Shown in pieces: positions 18,077 through 26,308 of a stretch of 34,687 bases of DNA. A program made the translations under genes and the position numbers. Within the stretch, counting starts at the first letter, position 1. Every line of letters starts with the position of its first letter. The notes beneath the pieces are model-generated. The model searched no databases. It saw nothing but the letters and a program-made list of their open reading frames with translations, and was not told the DNA's origin. Source of the stretch: a virus (lineage: Duplodnaviria > Caudoviricetes); the IMG/VR virus record IMGVR_UViG_3300032373_000069, positions 1-34,687 of that record. The stretch is one strand, 5' to 3'.

Positions 18077-18406
18077 ATGTTACCCAAGAAAACCAAACAC
18101 AACAGGATTAAGCGCAAGGAACGCAAAAGCAAACGTCATATGGCTTGGGTTGCACAGCACCCTTGCTGCGTATGTGGGCGAAACAACATCGCAGTTCATC
18201 ATCTGATCCACTACAAGCCAGCAGACAAGATTGGGCGCAGAGATGATAAGTATGTCATTCCAATATGCCGGGACAGCCACGATCTAGCACGAGGCGTTCA
18301 CGGTCCAGAAGCAGAGATTGGGTTTTTGGAATCTCGCGGGGTTAACGGACTCGATGTTGCGCTGGAACTTTTCAACAAATCACCATTCAAGGGAGAATTA
18401 GAATGA
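18077..18406 (+). CDS. DUF968-like zinc-binding putative HNH nuclease
   Basis: WV...PCCVCG...VHH...D...IPICR..H. Confidence 0.7.
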   Translation: MLPKKTKHNRIKRKERKSKRHMAWVAQHPCCVCGRNNIAVHHLIHYKPADKIGRRDDKYVIPICRDSHDLARGVHGPEAEIGFLESRGVNGLDVALELFNKSPFKGELE

Positions 18407-18777
18407 CACAGAGAATCATCATCAGAGAAGAACGCCAGCGCCTTCACGCCATCGACAGGATAGCAGCGCTTAATATTAAGACAGTCTGGGACGTGTCAAT
18501 CAAGCCATATAAGAAGAACCGCAGTCTTGAGCAAAACGCCTTGATGTGGAAGTGGCTCACCATCATAGGGAACGAACTTGGCTACACCAAAGACGAAATG
18601 CACGAAACATTCATGCGTAAGTTCCTAACGCCAGTCACAGTCAACACTTTAGACGGGCCAGCCGAAGTATATTCCACTAAGCCACTCAAGGTTAAAGAGA
18701 TGTCAGAGTATTTGAATCACATTGAACGGTTCGCCGCTGAGTACGCGATTGTGCTGCCGCTTCCTGACTGGGAATAA
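18403..18777 (+). CDS. ninB: NinB/Orf-family recombination protein
   Basis: RSLEQNALMW, ST..L...EM..YL..IE.FAAE..I.LP. Confidence 0.85.
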   Translation: MTQRIIIREERQRLHAIDRIAALNIKTVWDVSIKPYKKNRSLEQNALMWKWLTIIGNELGYTKDEMHETFMRKFLTPVTVNTLDGPAEVYSTKPLKVKEMSEYLNHIERFAAEYAIVLPLPDWE

Positions 18778-18792
18778 TTATTTTCTTTTTTG

Positions 18793-18865
18793 TGCAATTA
18801 AGTGTTTACAATGTTTGCAGGGTTAGGTAATATCTAATCATCAACAACGCAAACGGAGAAAACAA
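18793..18865 (+). promoter_or_regulatory. Early promoter/leader cassette, copy 3
   Basis: TGCAATTA, TTTACA-17-TAATAT; 32 bp (18827-18858) identical to 15695-15726. Confidence 0.7.
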
Positions 18866-19111
18866 ATGGACAACATGATTTCAAAAACAGATGCAGCGGC
18901 CCTAGTACACCTTCACAGCGATATGCTGGATTTGACCAACGGGCGATCAATGCTCGACAATCCAACAGCCGCTGTTGAACGTTACAAGCGCCTCGTTGCA
19001 AAGACTGGATTGTCGATTGCTTCTGATGCTTTCCTAAACAGCCTCGACTATTACGCTGGGGCAGAAAACCAACGCCGCAGCGCTGTAGCGAAAAAGATAT
19101 TCGCTGCCTAA
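18866..19111 (+). CDS. Hypothetical protein
   Basis: 81 aa, GGAG RBS. Confidence 0.65.
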   Translation: MDNMISKTDAAALVHLHSDMLDLTNGRSMLDNPTAAVERYKRLVAKTGLSIASDAFLNSLDYYAGAENQRRSAVAKKIFAA

Positions 19112-19137
19112 CACAACCAACAAAAGGGAACACACCA

Positions 19138-19332
19138 ATGACCAGCCTAGCCCAAATAAATAATGCAGCCGCGCCACACGGCCTAGAACTGATTAAGGAA
19201 AGCGGATATTTCCGGTGGGCGCACAATGAATGCTTTCCCGAAAGCGTTTACGTGAACGCATTTACCCACTTGAGCTACAAAGAATGGCTGGATGAGTTAA
19301 GCGCAGCAATAGAATTTTGCTCAAATAATTAA
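19138..19332 (+). CDS. Hypothetical protein
   Basis: 64 aa, AAGGGA RBS. Confidence 0.65.
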   Translation: MTSLAQINNAAAPHGLELIKESGYFRWAHNECFPESVYVNAFTHLSYKEWLDELSAAIEFCSNN

Positions 19333-19549
19333 CGCAGGGGATCGCATCCCCACTAAGCTGGTCAGTCAGTGACCCCGCCCCCGGGCCTAGCAATAGGTGG
19401 CCGGGGTTAAGCGGTATCAGATACGAACTACGCTAGGATAAAGGATAAATATCATGAAGACCTAAATCATATCGGGAACACACCAATCCCCCCTCCCCAG
19501 AGCCGAAAGGTGGCTGGGGTTTTCGGGTATCAACAACAGGAGATATAAA

Positions 19550-19687
19550 ATGACATACTTTGAAATCATCCGAGAGAACGTGGCAACAGGTCTGATGACC
19601 TATTCTGACGCGTTTGATTGGCTGCAATGCCACGGGGTTAAAGCCAGCTTTGCCATTACAGCTTTGGAGGGTTTGGACTATGAGTAA
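19550..19687 (+). CDS. Hypothetical 45-aa protein (MTYFEIIREN...)
   Basis: Manually translated; strong AGGAG RBS. Confidence 0.6.
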   Translation: MTYFEIIRENVATGLMTYSDAFDWLQCHGVKASFAITALEGLDYE

Positions 19688-19817
19688 TTTTCTTTTCGGC
19701 ATCCTACTTGTGCCACTGTTCATACTTTTGTGGTTGCTGGTGTTTATGTCTGTCAATGACCGTATGGTCGAATACCAAGAGTGCGGGTTTCAATACTGCG
19801 CACCGGGAGAGAAATAA
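19680..19817 (+). CDS. Small membrane protein
   Basis: MSNFLFGILLVPLFILLWLLVFM hydrophobic helix. Confidence 0.55.
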   Translation: MSNFLFGILLVPLFILLWLLVFMSVNDRMVEYQECGFQYCAPGEK

Positions 19818-20080
19818 TGGCAAAGTGGAATGGAAGTGGCGCTTGCACATTGTCCGAAAAAAGGTTGCGGGAACTTGCTGAGATAGCCAGCAACAGAGCG
19901 CAGGAGAGCAATAGTGGGTGGCCTAAGTGTTACCAAGGCAAGAAATGGGACAGGGCAACATTAGAAGCGTGTACCGATGAATGGTCACGGCTCATGCTCA
20001 ACAGTAAGTACAGTCAAACTAAGTACACGCAGTCGGAGATAGACCGGGCGTGGGAGCGGTTTGAAGGGTCAGAGTTATGA
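19817..20080 (+). CDS. Hypothetical protein
   Basis: TAATG-coupled start. Confidence 0.6.
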   Translation: MAKWNGSGACTLSEKRLRELAEIASNRAQESNSGWPKCYQGKKWDRATLEACTDEWSRLMLNSKYSQTKYTQSEIDRAWERFEGSEL

Positions 20081-20217
20081 CACCGCAAGAGAAATTGATA
20101 CAAGCGCAAGCCGAGTATATCCGCTACCTCACAGATATTATTCGTGACCTTGAGCGGCTGGATACATCAGTACAGGAAAGCCCGTTCGTGGCGCTATCAA
20201 GAGGAATGAAGGTATGA
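20077..20217 (+). CDS. Hypothetical 46-aa protein
   Basis: ATGA overlaps at both ends. Confidence 0.5.
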   Translation: MTPQEKLIQAQAEYIRYLTDIIRDLERLDTSVQESPFVALSRGMKV

Positions 20218-20834
20218 CCTGCAAACGCTGTAAAGGAACTGGAGAAGTAGACTTCACCTTCACCATTTGGGGGGTCAAGCGTCCGGGCAAATGCCCTGAG
20301 TGCAAAGGCACAGGAAAGGATGAAACAATGGATAAAGATGAACTCGAAGAAATAATCAGAAGACATCAATACCGCGTTGAACAACACACGTCAGAATTGG
20401 AGAGATACAAAAAGCAGTTAGCCGCCCTCAAGCGACCAAAGATCGTGCAAGGCCGGTTTGTGACTGCGCCTGAGGTTGAGACTTTGTGCTACGTCATAAT
20501 GTACGGCTTTGTCGAAGCTGTGGAGTGGGATGGATATGAAGACGACCTCCGTTGTCTAGGTAACGGTGATGTATTCGCCACCAGAGATGCCGCAGAGCAA
20601 TCACTACTCAAACGTAAAGCGCTACAAGCTATGAGAGGTTGTGAGGGTGCGAAGGAGTTTGAATGTGGTGAGGATAATTATCATGCTGTATGGAGCCACA
20701 ACACGAAAAAGTGGACAATTTTAGATTGGACCAGCATAGAACCAGTAGGCGACATTGTATGGTTCGACACCGAAAAACACGCCTCTGCCGCAATCAACAG
20801 CCTGTCACCTGAAATGCAGGAGGCTTTGCGATGA
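20214..20834 (+). CDS. Hypothetical protein with N-terminal DnaJ-like CxxCxGxG zinc finger
   Basis: CKRCKGTG ... CPECKGTG; possible internal start MDKDE with its own RBS. Confidence 0.65.
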   Translation: MTCKRCKGTGEVDFTFTIWGVKRPGKCPECKGTGKDETMDKDELEEIIRRHQYRVEQHTSELERYKKQLAALKRPKIVQGRFVTAPEVETLCYVIMYGFVEAVEWDGYEDDLRCLGNGDVFATRDAAEQSLLKRKALQAMRGCEGAKEFECGEDNYHAVWSHNTKKWTILDWTSIEPVGDIVWFDTEKHASAAINSLSPEMQEALR

Positions 20835-21325
20835 GTGAAATATCCACGATGTTCGCCAAGCGAGCGCAGCAATGGGTTGATCTTGATAGCGTACCATCTG
20901 ACTTAGCTTCGCAAGATATGCTTAGAGCATCTGAATGGTTGGCTAAGTATGAAGCCGAGATTGAACGGCTTGAGGTTAAGTTAAAAGACACCGAGCAAGA
21001 TTACATCGACGCTTCGATAGAGGCTGACACCATGCGTAGTCAACGCGACGAACTTGCTGCGGCTTTGCGGGAATTTATAGCATGGTTTGAAACCGCCCCG
21101 GAAGGCGATCCAGAAACTAGCGGAAAGTACGCACCTGAAGACCGTGACGATATTCATTGTGTTGAGTTGTCCATACAAGTGGCAAAATTAGATACAACAC
21201 TCGCCAAGCTGAAGGGAGATGAATGCCCTCACTGTGGTGCTGGTGATGAAAACCACCACTCGTTCACATGCCCAACGGGGCTGCACCCAGATCAAAAGAA
21301 GTCTCGTCAAGCTGAAAGGAGATGA
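20831..21325 (+). CDS. Hypothetical coiled-coil protein (Ea22/Ead-like modular type)
   Basis: AEIERL..., QRDELAAAL, LAKLKG motifs. Confidence 0.6.
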   Translation: MSEISTMFAKRAQQWVDLDSVPSDLASQDMLRASEWLAKYEAEIERLEVKLKDTEQDYIDASIEADTMRSQRDELAAALREFIAWFETAPEGDPETSGKYAPEDRDDIHCVELSIQVAKLDTTLAKLKGDECPHCGAGDENHHSFTCPTGLHPDQKKSRQAERR

Positions 21326-21328
21326 ACG

Positions 21329-21703
21329 ATGACCAATAAAAGAGAGCCTATCGTTTTAGATGTTAGTGCGGCGATGCAGACGTTAACCGATAACCCTGAC
21401 TTGTGTGAGCAGATGAATGAAATGATCGGCGGTGCGGCCTTAACCCAAGCACACAGGGAAGTCGAAGAATACAGAGTTGAGTGGCAAGAGCAAGAGGAAG
21501 CGAAGAACGCATGGCATAAACGGTGCTTGATGTTAGAGAAACAACGCGACGAACTCGCTGCGCTATTAGAAACAGTTAAACAGGCTTGCTTGTTTGATGA
21601 TGATGACGGTCGGATTGGTGTAAGTGAAGATGTAGTCATACCTACTGAGTTATTTACTGTAATCTGCGAAGCACTCAACAAGCTGGATGGAGATGAACGA
21701 TGA
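21329..21703 (+). CDS. Hypothetical coiled-coil protein, partial paralogue of the previous gene
   Basis: Shares QRDELAA and L.KL.GDE. Confidence 0.6.
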   Translation: MTNKREPIVLDVSAAMQTLTDNPDLCEQMNEMIGGAALTQAHREVEEYRVEWQEQEEAKNAWHKRCLMLEKQRDELAALLETVKQACLFDDDDGRIGVSEDVVIPTELFTVICEALNKLDGDER

Positions 21704-21888
21704 GTGACAAGGAAAAGATACGCCGACTTGAGCGGCAAGTTGATAATCACCAGCAAGCAATAGGGCTTCTTGTGGCTGCGCTGTCGGTGCAATTAGGTGG
21801 CGCAACGGTAGCAATGATTATGGATGTGGCTCATGGGGATACGTCCGACAATCGGGCATCGAAAGGAGAGGGCAATGAACTGGCTTAG
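21700..21888 (+). CDS. Hypothetical protein
   Basis: 62 aa, ATGA-coupled. Confidence 0.55.
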   Translation: MSDKEKIRRLERQVDNHQQAIGLLVAALSVQLGGATVAMIMDVAHGDTSDNRASKGEGNELA

Positions 21889-21977
21889 TGATTGGGCAGT
21901 TGCAGTGATGGTCGTAGGCGTTTGCGCCGTTGTCGCGCAGTGTTCGACCGGAAACATCTGGTAAACTGAAACGAGGG

Positions 21978-22421
21978 TTAAAACAGCAAGACCAGTGACG
22001 CGCCAGTAAGACTGCCTTCATATGCTTCCGCAGTGCGATTACTGGCGTGACCGTTTATAGACCGTCTGATAAGCGGTTGGGCCACGTTAGCTGCAAGCAC
22101 TAACCCCATGGAAAGAAGGCCACTCAGCGGGTCAATTTCGGCAAATCCGAACAGACTAGCGCCGAACATAACCGACGCAGCGGCCATACCATACCAAGAA
22201 CGGATAGCCATATCAGGGTAACTATTCCAATCCTCATACCCTTGCGTCAGTTGTCGCCCATAAAGCGCACCAATAATCACCGCTAAGATATAATTGTCTG
22301 TGAGCGTTAGTGAGATACCGACAGGCAGCAGCCAACCAATGACATTTGAGATAGGGTGACGATGGAAACCGCCATCAGTTAAGCGCCAAGCGCCGAATAG
22401 CAGTGCAATAATGTAGATCAT
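21978..22421 (-). CDS. Multi-pass membrane protein, last gene of the late operon
   Basis: 147 aa with several hydrophobic segments. Confidence 0.65.
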   Translation of the reverse strand: MIYIIALLFGAWRLTDGGFHRHPISNVIGWLLPVGISLTLTDNYILAVIIGALYGRQLTQGYEDWNSYPDMAIRSWYGMAAASVMFGASLFGFAEIDPLSGLLSMGLVLAANVAQPLIRRSINGHASNRTAEAYEGSLTGASLVLLF

Positions 22422-22642
22422 TCTCCATCTCCAAACATATTTGTTATTAATAGTGACCTTGCAATATCCAACGTAGCTATGTCTTCAAGGGTATTTGAGT
22501 TAGATGTTGAAGTGTACATTCTTCCGTCAGCTTCCCATCCTATAATCATAATCGATTCAAAATTAGTTCCTATCGCACCTTCAAGAACCTTGTCTGGTGA
22601 AATCTCTATTGATTGATTGGGGAAGTCTATTACTTTGCTCAT
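22418..22642 (-). CDS. Hypothetical protein
   Basis: 74 aa; VIDFP...PDKVLEGA...IIGW..DG pattern. Confidence 0.65.
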   Translation of the reverse strand: MSKVIDFPNQSIEISPDKVLEGAIGTNFESIMIIGWEADGRMYTSTSNSNTLEDIATLDIARSLLITNMFGDGE

Positions 22643-23109
22643 TTCTTTCCCTGCGTCATTCTATCCCCAAACCACCAAGTCACTGACGAAACTGCCATGT
22701 AAATCACAGCGGCTTCGATCTCCATCTTGCTTACGTCAGCAGCAAAGAAATAGATTATTCCAAGTAGAACAATAAGCCCCAAAGTGAGAGCAGGGCGAAC
22801 CAAACGAAGTATGTTAACAACCCACAGGGACGCTTTCCCCGTGTTGCTGTCGTGAGCATAGGACGCATTACGCAAATCGGATGCGGTTCTGTCTTGTTCA
22901 ATCTCGCGTTCATTCTCAAACTCCTTATCGCGGATACCTGCGTTAAGTTTTGTCAGTTCCATGACGCGTTGATGGTCTGCGGCTTTTTCTTCTTTCTCAG
23001 CCCACCATGAAAACGCTTTAGATATGCCGCCGAATATCAATCCGATGCCGCCTGTGCCAGCGCCGAATAACGCAGGGCCGATTAATTCTAATACTGATTC
23101 CATCACCAA
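22639..23109 (-). CDS. Putative holin (3-TM gene-transfer-release type)
   Basis: N-terminal Gly-rich TM, coiled coil, VRP..T, C-terminal WWFGDR; adjacent to the endolysin. Confidence 0.65.
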   Translation of the reverse strand: MVMESVLELIGPALFGAGTGGIGLIFGGISKAFSWWAEKEEKAADHQRVMELTKLNAGIRDKEFENEREIEQDRTASDLRNASYAHDSNTGKASLWVVNILRLVRPALTLGLIVLLGIIYFFAADVSKMEIEAAVIYMAVSSVTWWFGDRMTQGKK

Positions 23110-23480
23110 GTCCTCGCCCTGCCCATGTCGATATGGACAAAGGTGTTGTAATTTATACCAAGCCCTTTAAATCCCACCACTTTAGCCACTCTAATGATTT
23201 CTTTTTTCGTTCCAATCGCCAATGGTATATCGAAAGCCGAGCCAAGGCGATGTTGGCTGAAAGGTGCGCCGCCCACACGCGCATTGTGATATGCAGACCT
23301 GTAAGCACTATTCGGGGAAAACGGAACACCGATCTCTTTACGGAATTTATCAAGCGCCTGTAATGCCTGAACGTTGACGAGGATTTCGCCAGTGGCTTTA
23401 CACGCAATCTCGAACGGCGAAAAGAACTCACAGGGCCAAGTCTCGCTTGGAACATCTTTGTACGATTCATAGAGCATCAC
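23103..23480 (-). CDS. Endolysin, peptidase M15A family
   Basis: SAYRS..HNARVGGA..SQH..G.A.D ... FVHID zinc-peptidase motifs. Confidence 0.9.
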   Translation of the reverse strand: MMLYESYKDVPSETWPCEFFSPFEIACKATGEILVNVQALQALDKFRKEIGVPFSPNSAYRSAYHNARVGGAPFSQHRLGSAFDIPLAIGTKKEIIRVAKVVGFKGLGINYNTFVHIDMGRARTW

Positions 23481-24661
23481 TCACACATTTCTGGGGTCAC
23501 GTTGACTGTTGAGACAATACCATAGTCCTTGTGATATGTAACGCATTCTGCTTTTCGCTCTGAGAAATACCCACCGCGAGCGCTGTAACTGTCTTTTGCC
23601 GTAAGCGTCCTGTGTTGCGTTACGGTACAGCCCATATCCTCTTTTTCTTCCATCTTAATCTTATGGTGGTAATGGCCTGTGTGTGCGTAACGGTATTTCG
23701 TGCCGCCCCAAGTCTCAGGGAATTGCGCTGCGAAAACACCCGGCATTGATGGCAACTTCTTTAAGTGTCCATGGTGAAAGAACAACGCAGTCTTTCCGTG
23801 ACGGTATTCGTAATATGGCAAAGGTGATTTCTCGACGGTTATGCGAGGCTCGTTCTCATACAGAGCAGCGAACAGTGACCGGAGCCAAACCGACCCCACC
23901 AAATCGTGGTTTCCCTCTGCCATCAGCACAACGACTTCTTCATGCTTTGTTAATGCCATGTCTACGATCTGGCGCAGTATTTTTATAGCTGTTTCGATGA
24001 CCTTTTCGGCGCGTCCGTCTGAGTCGAGGATATGCCCTGATTGCGTCTGAGATACGAACGCCGGAAAATCTGTGTGAAGAAAGTCACCAAGCTGGCAGAT
24101 GAAACCGACTTTACTATCTGGTGCCATGCTCATCATTGTGCCGAATGCCTTAACCAACAAATCCTCACTGATATCTAAATCCCAATCGTCTTGCTTTGTC
24201 TCGCGGCTCCAAGCCCTCATGCCGTGGTGATAATCCGTGATAACATAGAGGTTCAATAAATCGTCTGTTGTCTGTTGTGGTGCTTTGATTGGCAATGCGC
24301 GGGGGATGTCCTCTGACATTGCCTGTATAGCCGCCCTGATAGCCATCTCTTGCTCTTCGGCGTCTCTGGTGGTCTTTTCCCAGACTAGCCTAGCCTCGCC
24401 CGTCTGAGCGTCCCTGAGTGTGCTCGTTCCCTTTATCATAAATCCGTTAGGGACTGGATGCTGCCAGCCAAACTCAGGGGCATAGCCTTGAATTGCGGCT
24501 TTTTTCTTAACCGCAGCCAATGCGCAACTCAATGTGCCGCGACTAATCCCCAACGCTTTGCAAGTCGCCCGATGGCTCCCGTACTTTTCAAGAGCAATGT
24601 GTTTTTCCCATTGGGTATCCGTGGCAAACTGCTCAAGGTTTGGATCAAGTTTGTAGGGCAT
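23477..24661 (-). CDS. Calcineurin-like metallophosphoesterase with N-terminal HTH
   Basis: TDYHHG, LGDFLH, EGNHD, HHGH, GHYHH; N-terminal GSHRATCKALGISRGTL. Confidence 0.85.
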   Translation of the reverse strand: MPYKLDPNLEQFATDTQWEKHIALEKYGSHRATCKALGISRGTLSCALAAVKKKAAIQGYAPEFGWQHPVPNGFMIKGTSTLRDAQTGEARLVWEKTTRDAEEQEMAIRAAIQAMSEDIPRALPIKAPQQTTDDLLNLYVITDYHHGMRAWSRETKQDDWDLDISEDLLVKAFGTMMSMAPDSKVGFICQLGDFLHTDFPAFVSQTQSGHILDSDGRAEKVIETAIKILRQIVDMALTKHEEVVVLMAEGNHDLVGSVWLRSLFAALYENEPRITVEKSPLPYYEYRHGKTALFFHHGHLKKLPSMPGVFAAQFPETWGGTKYRYAHTGHYHHKIKMEEKEDMGCTVTQHRTLTAKDSYSARGGYFSERKAECVTYHKDYGIVSTVNVTPEMCE

Positions 24662-24679
24662 ATAATGCGCCTTATGTTA

Positions 24680-25063
24680 TTAAGAGGGCTTTACATCTTT
24701 GGGATAGAATGGCTGGCCTTTAAGTAGCTTTTCCATGACCTTAGTTGGAATCTGCTCTGTATTATCTACGCAGCCTTCACCATTAACCCAGACTACCAAC
24801 ATCATAGGCGTTGGTGGCATATAATAAACCGCGATCAATGCCGCAGTTTTATCAGATTTTGGGGGGGATTCGTTGTAAGCAGCGACAAACTCTTGTACGT
24901 CTGTGCTGTCCATTATGCGCTCTAAGAGATTAGCTTTGTTGCGTTGTATAACTTCTGCCCGCCATGTCGTGAATACTCTATTTTGATCCCCGTCGCATTC
25001 AGACGCATGGGCTGAAATTGGGAACAACACTGACAGCAAAACAAGTCCAAGAAGGATACGCAT
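24680..25063 (-). CDS. Secreted/periplasmic hypothetical protein (likely start MRILLG)
   Basis: Signal peptide ending AHA; two Cys. Confidence 0.6.
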   Translation of the reverse strand: MRILLGLVLLSVLFPISAHASECDGDQNRVFTTWRAEVIQRNKANLLERIMDSTDVQEFVAAYNESPPKSDKTAALIAVYYMPPTPMMLVVWVNGEGCVDNTEQIPTKVMEKLLKGQPFYPKDVKPS

Positions 25064-25064
25064 T

Positions 25065-25280
25065 TCAATCTCCTTTAGATTCACAAGCTCCAACAATGGT
25101 CACGGTCTTTATCCCGTCATAGGTTTTTCGTGCTTCTTTTATCTTTTCAGACAATACTATTTCACAGATTTGCTGATCTGGGAAGGTGTTACGCCAAATA
25201 ACTGCGCTACGGTCATGAGGTGCTGATGGATTAGCCTGCATCCACACAACGATGATGAAGGCTATGAAGGGGGTCATCAC
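25065..25280 (-). CDS. Small membrane-anchored protein
   Basis: N-terminal hydrophobic helix, two Cys. Confidence 0.55.
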   Translation of the reverse strand: MMTPFIAFIIVVWMQANPSAPHDRSAVIWRNTFPDQQICEIVLSEKIKEARKTYDGIKTVTIVGACESKGD

Positions 25281-25702
25281 ATATCACCATATGTGAAGAG
25301 CGTAATCCACACTAAGAACAAAGCCCAAGCAGATACCGGAACCCACCAGAGTTGCCCGAATAATGTTCTAAGGCGAGAGCGTAGGTGGAAGCCGTAACCG
25401 ATTAGAATTGAGATAACACAAAGCCATAGCCAGTCAGCATTATATACAAACCAATCAGCAGAAGTCTTGTCACCATGGGATTTAGCCAGCCGCCAGAACC
25501 ACCAATAAGTACGGTGCAATGCAGACGCGCCGCTAACCAGCGCGATACCCCATGCAAGCTCTTTCGCAGTCGTCAGACCTTCGCCGCGTGTGCGCCATAG
25601 GTAAGCGCCGAATAAAGCCACCACCGACCAGCCGAAGCCAGCCCAAAGAGCGTTCTGGATACCTACCGCAACATTAACATGGAGAAATTCAAGCATAATC
25701 AA
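25277..25702 (-). CDS. Four-TM membrane protein
   Basis: Trp-rich, four hydrophobic segments. Confidence 0.65.
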   Translation of the reverse strand: MIMLEFLHVNVAVGIQNALWAGFGWSVVALFGAYLWRTRGEGLTTAKELAWGIALVSGASALHRTYWWFWRLAKSHGDKTSADWFVYNADWLWLCVISILIGYGFHLRSRLRTLFGQLWWVPVSAWALFLVWITLFTYGDM

Positions 25703-25860
25703 TCAACCCTTAGCTTATGTGCGTCGGCTTCAATATCTCGACACGCTCGTTCTATACGTTCTTTTGCACTCCTAATGCGGTTCTTGTTTTCAAGGTGCGT
25801 CCACTCGTAGAATTTACGCTTAACTTTATTCACCAAGGACGGGCTGCGAGCGTCATTCAT
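25699..25860 (-). CDS. Hypothetical 53-aa basic protein (MNDARSPS...)
   Basis: Manually translated; overlap-coupled on both sides. Confidence 0.5.
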   Translation of the reverse strand: MNDARSPSLVNKVKRKFYEWTHLENKNRIRSAKERIERACRDIEADAHKLRVD

Positions 25861-26027
25861 TTGTCGCTCCGTACTTCCAGTATTGTTGCGATGCGTTCCA
25901 ACGTCTTAGCAATATCGTCGGTGATATTCTTGTTCTCTTTTTTGCACCAATACAGAAGCACCAGAAGCAAGCCTGTCATGGCTCCCGCTTCTGAGAGTAT
26001 GGCGTCGACGATGGGCGTTAAGTCCAT
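25857..26027 (-). CDS. Small single-TM protein, holin-like (MDLTPIVDAILSEAG...)
   Basis: Manually translated 56 aa; GAGG RBS; TM followed by a charged helix. Confidence 0.55.
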   Translation of the reverse strand: MDLTPIVDAILSEAGAMTGLLLVLLYWCKKENKNITDDIAKTLERIATILEVRSDK

Positions 26028-26047
26028 TTATTGAACCTCGTCTGGCA

Positions 26048-26308
26048 TTAGAGTTTAGCCCGTTCAATGTTAAGCAGCACTTCGACTTCTTGAAGTTTAC
26101 CGATTGCATACGCATCACCTAAAGCTGCATCTCGCACCCAACGGTCAGGGATGGATGCCTCAAGTCGTGCGATCTCCTCAAGTGCGGCCTTGGTAGTAGC
26201 ATTCGCCAATGCTTGCGCGTCACGGGCTTCCGCTTCTATTGTTTTTTCTGGGGAAAGTGGAGCCTCTTCAACTCCAGATGGCGTACAAATTAATTGTGTT
26301 CTGGTCAT
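26048..26308 (-). CDS. Putative tail fibre assembly chaperone
   Basis: Follows the fibre gene; EIARLEA....R.VRDAALG ... ERAKL. Confidence 0.55.
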   Translation of the reverse strand: MTRTQLICTPSGVEEAPLSPEKTIEAEARDAQALANATTKAALEEIARLEASIPDRWVRDAALGDAYAIGKLQEVEVLLNIERAKL

